Positions 59,359 to 64,000 of a stretch of DNA of 64,000 nt are shown in pieces. The notes under the pieces were generated by a model. It did not search any database. It worked only from the letters and a program-made list of their open reading frames with translations, and had not been told where the DNA came from. The translations under genes and the position numbers were made by a program. The DNA comes from an uncultured beta proteobacterium (GTDB lineage: Bacteria; Pseudomonadota; Gammaproteobacteria; Burkholderiales; SG8-41), in assembly GCA_903885665.1 (NCBI GenBank), contig CAISJL010000064.1, forward strand, positions 81,268-145,267, written 5' to 3'. Positions within the stretch are counted from its first letter, which is position 1. Every line of letters starts with the position of its first letter.

Positions 59359-60879
59359 ATGTGTGGAATAGTAGGGGTTGTCTCCCGTAATTCGGTCAAC
59401 CAAGTGCTCTATGATGGGCTACTGGTGTTGCAGCATCGCGGTCAGGATGCTGCTGGTATTGTTACAGCAGATGGTTCTAGTTTTCACATGCACAAGGGTG
59501 GAGGCATGGTTCGTGATGTTTTCCGCACCCGAAACATGCGTGCTTTAGTGGGGCATGCAGGCATAGGCCACATTCGATATCCAACAGCCGGGTCTGCTTG
59601 GTCTGCAGCAGAGTCACAACCTTTTTACGTGAACTCTCCCTTCGGGATTGTGTTGGGGCATAACGGTAATTTAACTAACGCCGAACAGCTAAAGAATGAT
59701 TTGTTTCGACTCGACTTGAGGCATGTAAATACCGAATCGGATTCGGAAGTCTTGTTAAATGTGCTAGCGCACGAGATGGCAGCTAATGCCAATCAATATA
59801 AGCTTGATCCTGCAACTATTTTCGCTGCAGTCTCTGGTGTCCACAGGCGTTGTCGTGGCGCTTATGCAGTAGTAGCCATGATTGCTGGATATGGATTACT
59901 CGCATTTCGTGATCCGTTTGGAATTCGCCCGTTGGTGTTTGGTAAAATTCAAGGGCCTAATGGTGTGGAATATATGGTGGCTTCTGAGAGTGTTGCACTC
60001 GATGGCTTGGGTTTTGAGTTGATCCGCGATGTTGCACCCGGTGAGGCGATCTTTATTGATTTAGATGGTAATTTTTATAGTCATCAGTGCGCTACCCATA
60101 CTTCGCTAAATCCATGCATTTTTGAATTTGTATATTTGGCGCGTCCTGATTCGGTGATTGATGGTATTTCTGTGTATGAGACCCGTTTGCGCATGGGTGA
60201 GAGTTTGGCTCGCAAAATGCAGAGAGATTTTTCGCATTTAGATATTGATGTTGTTATACCGATTCCAGACTCTAGTCGACCTTCTGCGATGCAGTTGTCA
60301 AATCATTTGAACCTGCCATATCGTGAGGGGTTTATTAAGAATCGTTATATCGGTCGGACTTTTATTATGCCAGGGCAGGCGATTCGACGTAAATCGGTTC
60401 GCCAAAAACTCAATGCAATCGGTATGGAGTTTCGTGGTAAAAATGTAATGTTAGTAGATGATTCTATTGTGCGCGGCACGACCAGTCGAGAGATTGTGCA
60501 GATGGCACGTGATGCAGGAGCTAATAAAGTCTATTTTGCATCAGCAGCTCCGCCAGTGCGCTTTGCTAATGTCTACGGCATTGACATGCCAACCCGCGAT
60601 GAACTGATAGCAAGCGGTCGTAGCGACGAGCAAATTGCCCGTGAAATTGGTTGCGATGCACTAATTTATCAAGATATTGGCGAGTTGATTAATGCCGTGC
60701 GCAGTGTAAATCCTGCAGTGACGCAATTTGAAACATCTTGTTTTAGCGGTGAATATATTACTGGTGATGTCACGCAAGATTATCTAGATGGTGTGGAGGC
60801 GCAGCGTCGGGATAGTGATAAAGCGGGCGCTACTTCGGCCGCTACCCAGCTGGATCTTGCGCTAGAGTCTACAGAGTGA
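59359..60879 (+). CDS. purF: Amidophosphoribosyltransferase
   Basis: 506 aa. N-terminal nucleophile MCGIVG and the PRTase motif [13 protein letters not shown]. Confidence 0.97.
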   Translation: MCGIVGVVSRNSVNQVLYDGLLVLQHRGQDAAGIVTADGSSFHMHKGGGMVRDVFRTRNMRALVGHAGIGHIRYPTAGSAWSAAESQPFYVNSPFGIVLGHNGNLTNAEQLKNDLFRLDLRHVNTESDSEVLLNVLAHEMAANANQYKLDPATIFAAVSGVHRRCRGAYAVVAMIAGYGLLAFRDPFGIRPLVFGKIQGPNGVEYMVASESVALDGLGFELIRDVAPGEAIFIDLDGNFYSHQCATHTSLNPCIFEFVYLARPDSVIDGISVYETRLRMGESLARKMQRDFSHLDIDVVIPIPDSSRPSAMQLSNHLNLPYREGFIKNRYIGRTFIMPGQAIRRKSVRQKLNAIGMEFRGKNVMLVDDSIVRGTTSREIVQMARDAGANKVYFASAAPPVRFANVYGIDMPTRDELIASGRSDEQIAREIGCDALIYQDIGELINAVRSVNPAVTQFETSCFSGEYITGDVTQDYLDGVEAQRRDSDKAGATSAATQLDLALESTE

Positions 60880-60941
60880 GTTAGTGTTGGTTTTTAATTA
60901 GTATTTATCATGATTGTTATGTCATCGAAGGAGTGTATGTA

Positions 60942-62132
60942 ATGGATCGGAAGCTTGACTTGTCAGCATTGCACGCAGACACTTTGGCAGTGCGGGCAGG
61001 TATAGAGCGTAGCCAGTTCGGCGAGCACTCAGAGGCTTTATACATGACTTCAAGTTTCGTCTTTAATACGGCGGCTGAAGCGGCCGCCCGTTTTAGTAAT
61101 CAAACTCCAGGAAATATTTACTCTCGGTTTACCAATCCAACAGTCACCATGTTCGAGCAACGTTTGGCAGCGCTGGAGGGCGCTGAGTGTTGTATTGCGA
61201 CAGCTTCTGGTATGTCAGCGATTTTGTCGACGGTCATGGGGTTGTTGAAATCTGGGGATCACGTGCTTTGTGCAGCCGGAGTGTTTGGCGCAACGGTGCA
61301 GCTCTTTAGCAACATATTGCAGCGTTTCGGTATTAACACCACTTTTGTGCAAGGCACCGATGTGACCGCTTGGCAGGCCGCGATCACACCATCAACCCGC
61401 TTGTTTTTTATCGAGACGCCGTCTAATCCCTTGACTGAGGTCTATGATATTACAGCGCTCGCTAATCTTGCGCATGGTAGTGACGCTTTGTTGGTGGTAG
61501 ACAATTGTTTTTGCTCGCCCGCATTGCAACGCCCTTTAGAGTTGGGTGCTGATGTGGTGATTCATTCTGCAACTAAGTTCCTCGATGGTCAGGGCCGCGT
61601 CTTGGGCGGAGCAGTGCTTGGTCGTGCAGCTGTGATTAAAGATGGGGTGTTAGGTTTCTTGCGTACTGCAGGACCAACCTTGAGTGCATTTAATGCCTGG
61701 GTTATTTTAAAAGGCTTGGAGACATTAAGTTTGAGGGTGATGGCACAGTCAGCGACTGCGTTAACGCTAGCGCGCTGGCTAGAAACCCAGCCGATGGTTT
61801 CTAGAGTTTATTATCCGGGACTGCCGTCACATGAGCAGCATGCATTAGCCATGCGTCAACAAAAAACAGGCGGTGCTATTCTGTCTTTTGAGCTTAAAGG
61901 CGGTAAGGATGTAGCGTGGCGAGTGATAGATCAAACGCGTTTGATATCAATTACGGCTAATGTGGGTGATACCAAATCAACGATCACTCATCCGGCATCA
62001 ACGACCCATGGTCGGATTTCGCCTGAGGCACGACAAGCAGCAGGCATTAGTGAGGGATTGTTACGAATCGCCGTTGGTCTTGAGCATATCGATGATATTA
62101 AAGCCGACCTTGTCAAAGGCTTAAAGTCTTAA
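60942..62132 (+). CDS. metZ: O-succinylhomoserine sulfhydrylase (Cys/Met-metabolism PLP enzyme)
   Basis: PLP-Lys motif HSATKFLDGQG. GGAG lies 8 nt upstream of the ATG at 60942; the ORF-track GTG is 9 nt further upstream. Conserved purF-metZ neighbourhood. Confidence 0.9.
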   Translation: MDRKLDLSALHADTLAVRAGIERSQFGEHSEALYMTSSFVFNTAAEAAARFSNQTPGNIYSRFTNPTVTMFEQRLAALEGAECCIATASGMSAILSTVMGLLKSGDHVLCAAGVFGATVQLFSNILQRFGINTTFVQGTDVTAWQAAITPSTRLFFIETPSNPLTEVYDITALANLAHGSDALLVVDNCFCSPALQRPLELGADVVIHSATKFLDGQGRVLGGAVLGRAAVIKDGVLGFLRTAGPTLSAFNAWVILKGLETLSLRVMAQSATALTLARWLETQPMVSRVYYPGLPSHEQHALAMRQQKTGGAILSFELKGGKDVAWRVIDQTRLISITANVGDTKSTITHPASTTHGRISPEARQAAGISEGLLRIAVGLEHIDDIKADLVKGLKS

Positions 62133-62165
62133 CTTGCGCAAGTCTGGGCAATGATATTGAGATTG

Positions 62166-62891
62166 TTATTGCGACAGTTTATGCGAATAACACCCGCTGG
62201 CATCGCATAGTAAATAACCGCCTGTTTGATACCAGTCGGTCAGCACCCAGCGTTCACAACGATGACCATCAACGTCGTGCTCATGACGTGCAGGTCTATG
62301 AGTGTGACCATGTATGATATTCGGATAGTGATGATTACGTAATAGTTGGTCAACTGCGCTTGTGGTTACATCCATGATTTCTAGATCTTTTTGTTGCTTG
62401 CTCATTTCACTTTGGGCACGCATTTGTAGCATGCGTTCGCGGCGTGTCTCTAGGCTTTGAGTTAGGAATTGTTGCTGATGCATTGGTGAGCGTGCATATT
62501 CACGAAATTTTTGATATTCGATATCCTCAATACATAGGGCATCACCGTGAGTCAGCAAGGTGGGTCTGCCATACAGATTAATCAAAGTAGGATCGTCAAT
62601 TAATTCAGCGCCACTTTGGTCGGCAAAGCCTGGCCCGAGCAAGACATCGCGGTTGCCTTGCATCAAAAAGACTTTCACACCGCTGCTGGATAAGCGTTTA
62701 AGCGCATCAGCAACTACTGCGGCTAATGTATCGTCAGTGTTGTCGTCACCAATCCAGTATTCGAATAAGTCACCCAGTATATAGAGGGCCTGAGCTCGTG
62801 GTGCAATTGTTTTGGTGAAACGCAGGAATAGATCCGTGATGGCAGGTCGCTCGCCTGCCAAATGTAGATCTGAAATAAACAAGCTACTCAC
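62166..62891 (-). CDS. lpxH: UDP-2,3-diacylglucosamine diphosphatase
   Basis: 241 aa with LFISDLHL, GDLFEYWIGDD, GNRD and GHTHRP metallophosphatase motifs. Confidence 0.92.
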   Translation of the reverse strand: MSSLFISDLHLAGERPAITDLFLRFTKTIAPRAQALYILGDLFEYWIGDDNTDDTLAAVVADALKRLSSSGVKVFLMQGNRDVLLGPGFADQSGAELIDDPTLINLYGRPTLLTHGDALCIEDIEYQKFREYARSPMHQQQFLTQSLETRRERMLQMRAQSEMSKQQKDLEIMDVTTSAVDQLLRNHHYPNIIHGHTHRPARHEHDVDGHRCERWVLTDWYQTGGYLLCDASGCYSHKLSQ

Positions 62892-62906
62892 GAGACGATA
62901 ACGGAT

Positions 62907-63404
62907 TTAGATGACTTCTGCACTCTCGATGATCACATCTTCAACCGGAACATCTTGATGCATACCTTTGCTACCGGTTTTTACACTGCGAATTTGTTCT
63001 ACTACATCGGTGCCTGCAGAGACTTTTCCAAATACACAGTATCCCCAGCCATGATTAGTCGGCGCGGTATGATTCAGGAAGTCGTTGTTGGTCAGATTAA
63101 TAAAGAACTGAGCGCTTGCAGAATGGGGGTCTGAAGTGCGTGCCATTGCAACGGTGTAGGTATCATTTTTTAATCCATTATTAGCTTCATTGCTAATGGG
63201 CTCTTTGGTTTTTTTTTGCTTCATTCCGGGTTCGAATCCGCCACCTTGTATCATGAAGCCATCGATCACTCGATGAAATATGGTGTTGTTGTAATGGCCG
63301 TCTTTTACGTAGGAGACAAAATTTGCAACTGTCTCTGGAGCGTTAGCGGTGTCTAATTCGAGAGTAATTAGACCGTGTGTAGTGTGAAGATTAACTGTAT
63401 TCAT
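62907..63404 (-). CDS. ppiB: Peptidyl-prolyl cis-trans isomerase B (cytoplasmic cyclophilin)
   Basis: 165 aa with no signal peptide; [14 protein letters not shown] and [17 protein letters not shown]. Confidence 0.93.
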   Translation of the reverse strand: MNTVNLHTTHGLITLELDTANAPETVANFVSYVKDGHYNNTIFHRVIDGFMIQGGGFEPGMKQKKTKEPISNEANNGLKNDTYTVAMARTSDPHSASAQFFINLTNNDFLNHTAPTNHGWGYCVFGKVSAGTDVVEQIRSVKTGSKGMHQDVPVEDVIIESAEVI

Positions 63405-63430
63405 GATTGATCCTTAAAAAAGTGTTGCGT

Positions 63431-64000
63431 TTATTTTTTTGCGGCGGATTTTTTTTTGGGTGAATCGAGCATTCGGACCCGATCAATGGTGATCGGTTGA
63501 ACAGGAACGTTTTGATTGCTTCCTCTAGTTGCAGTCGGCACTTTGACGATTTTCTCAACGACATCCATGCCACTACGAACTCGTCCAAATACAGTGTAAC
63601 CATAGCCTTTTTCATCTGCAGATTTAAAGTCTAGGAAATCGTTCTCGGTCACGTTAATAAAGAACTGAGCTGTAGCTGAATGTGGGTCAGCAGTGCGTGC
63701 CATTGCAACCGTACCAATCGCATTGCGCAGTCCATTACCCGCTTCGCTCTGGATTGCGGGTCTCGTGGGCTTCTCTTTAAGAGCAGCGGTGAAGCCGCCA
63801 CCTTGAACCATGAACCCAGGGATGACTCTGTGAAAGATAGTGCCATTATAGAAACCATCTTTCACATATTGCGTAAAGTTAGCCACTGTTTTGGGGGCGT
63901 TCTCAGGGTAGAGTTCAATGACAATAATACCGAAAGATGTTTTAAGCTCTACGCTTGGATTGGGTTCTGCCTGGACGTTGGTGGCGATTAGCGCTAGCCC
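63431..64000 (-). CDS. ppiA: Peptidyl-prolyl cis-trans isomerase A (periplasmic cyclophilin); the 5' end lies beyond the right edge
   Basis: The frame stays open upstream of the ORF-track Met to the window edge: ..ALALIATNVQAEPNPSVELKTSFGIIVIELYPENAPKTVANFTQYV... This is the end of a signal peptide followed by the cyclophilin core (FHRVIPGFMVQGGG). Confidence 0.88.
   Translation of the reverse strand, partial: GLALIATNVQAEPNPSVELKTSFGIIVIELYPENAPKTVANFTQYVKDGFYNGTIFHRVIPGFMVQGGGFTAALKEKPTRPAIQSEAGNGLRNAIGTVAMARTADPHSATAQFFINVTENDFLDFKSADEKGYGYTVFGRVRSGMDVVEKIVKVPTATRGSNQNVPVQPITIDRVRMLDSPKKKSAAKK

Noticed and set aside
62132-62143. 12-bp perfect palindrome ACTTGCGCAAGT between the convergent metZ and lpxH genes, considered as a bidirectional terminator.
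   Set aside because: The stem has no loop and no flanking T or A runs, so it is too weak to call a terminator.
63226-63240. GGTTCGAATCC, a perfect tRNA T-loop-like string.
   Set aside because: It lies inside ppiB, where it is antisense to the codons for GGGFEPG (ppiB is on the minus strand). The flanking bases cannot form a T-stem (CCGGG vs CCGCC), and no acceptor or anticodon arms are present. I found no tRNA in the window.
1-64000. Mobile elements, prophage, genomic island or defence system anywhere in the window.
   Set aside because: I recognised no transposase, integrase, recombinase, phage structural, restriction-modification, toxin-antitoxin or nuclease/helicase defence-type ORFs, and no flanking tRNA or long direct repeats. 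The gene content is overwhelmingly conserved core metabolism.

Overview
This 64-kb window is densely coding, with about 54 protein genes, and looks like core chromosome of a moderately AT-rich betaproteobacterium. I infer Burkholderiales, possibly Polynucleobacter-like, from two things: three orphan Bug/TctC binding-protein paralogues, and the synteny leuC-leuD-leuB-asd-fimV-truA-trpF-trpB-trpA-accD-folC-SPOR-cvpA-purF-metZ followed by lpxH-ppiB-ppiA. Other housekeeping genes are nrdJ (partial, left edge), typA, a DEAD-box helicase, dnaE, metG, apbC/mrp, a Lys/Orn/Arg decarboxylase, thyA-folA and aroC. The more accessory-looking parts fall in three blocks. At 1-6.6 kb: crotonase, an IlvD/Edd-type dehydratase, a SET-domain methyltransferase, malonyl-CoA decarboxylase and a Bug protein. 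At 13-20.5 kb: Bug, MmgE/PrpD, two ABC permeases and a family-5 binding protein with no ATPase genes, facing an M20 deacylase. At 21-26 kb: gltIJKL, an Asp/Glu racemase and an alpha/beta hydrolase. I saw no rRNA, tRNA, CRISPR, transposase/integrase, prophage or recognisable defence genes, and no convincing wholly new multi-gene system. The most unusual sequence-level observations are: (1) a YkgJ-type Cys-cluster gene split at a C7A4 tract that forms an in-frame C-CCA-AAA slippery heptamer followed by a hairpin; (2) the ATPase-less ABC cluster; (3) a SET-domain gene coupled by an ATGA overlap to a dehydratase gene; (4) a roughly 740-bp hairpin-rich gene-free spacer; (5) an in-frame hexanucleotide microsatellite inside a signal peptide; (6) AT-rich 16-bp tandem repeats and a phased A-tract block in promoter regions. 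All functional calls rest on motif and family recognition by eye; no database search was run.
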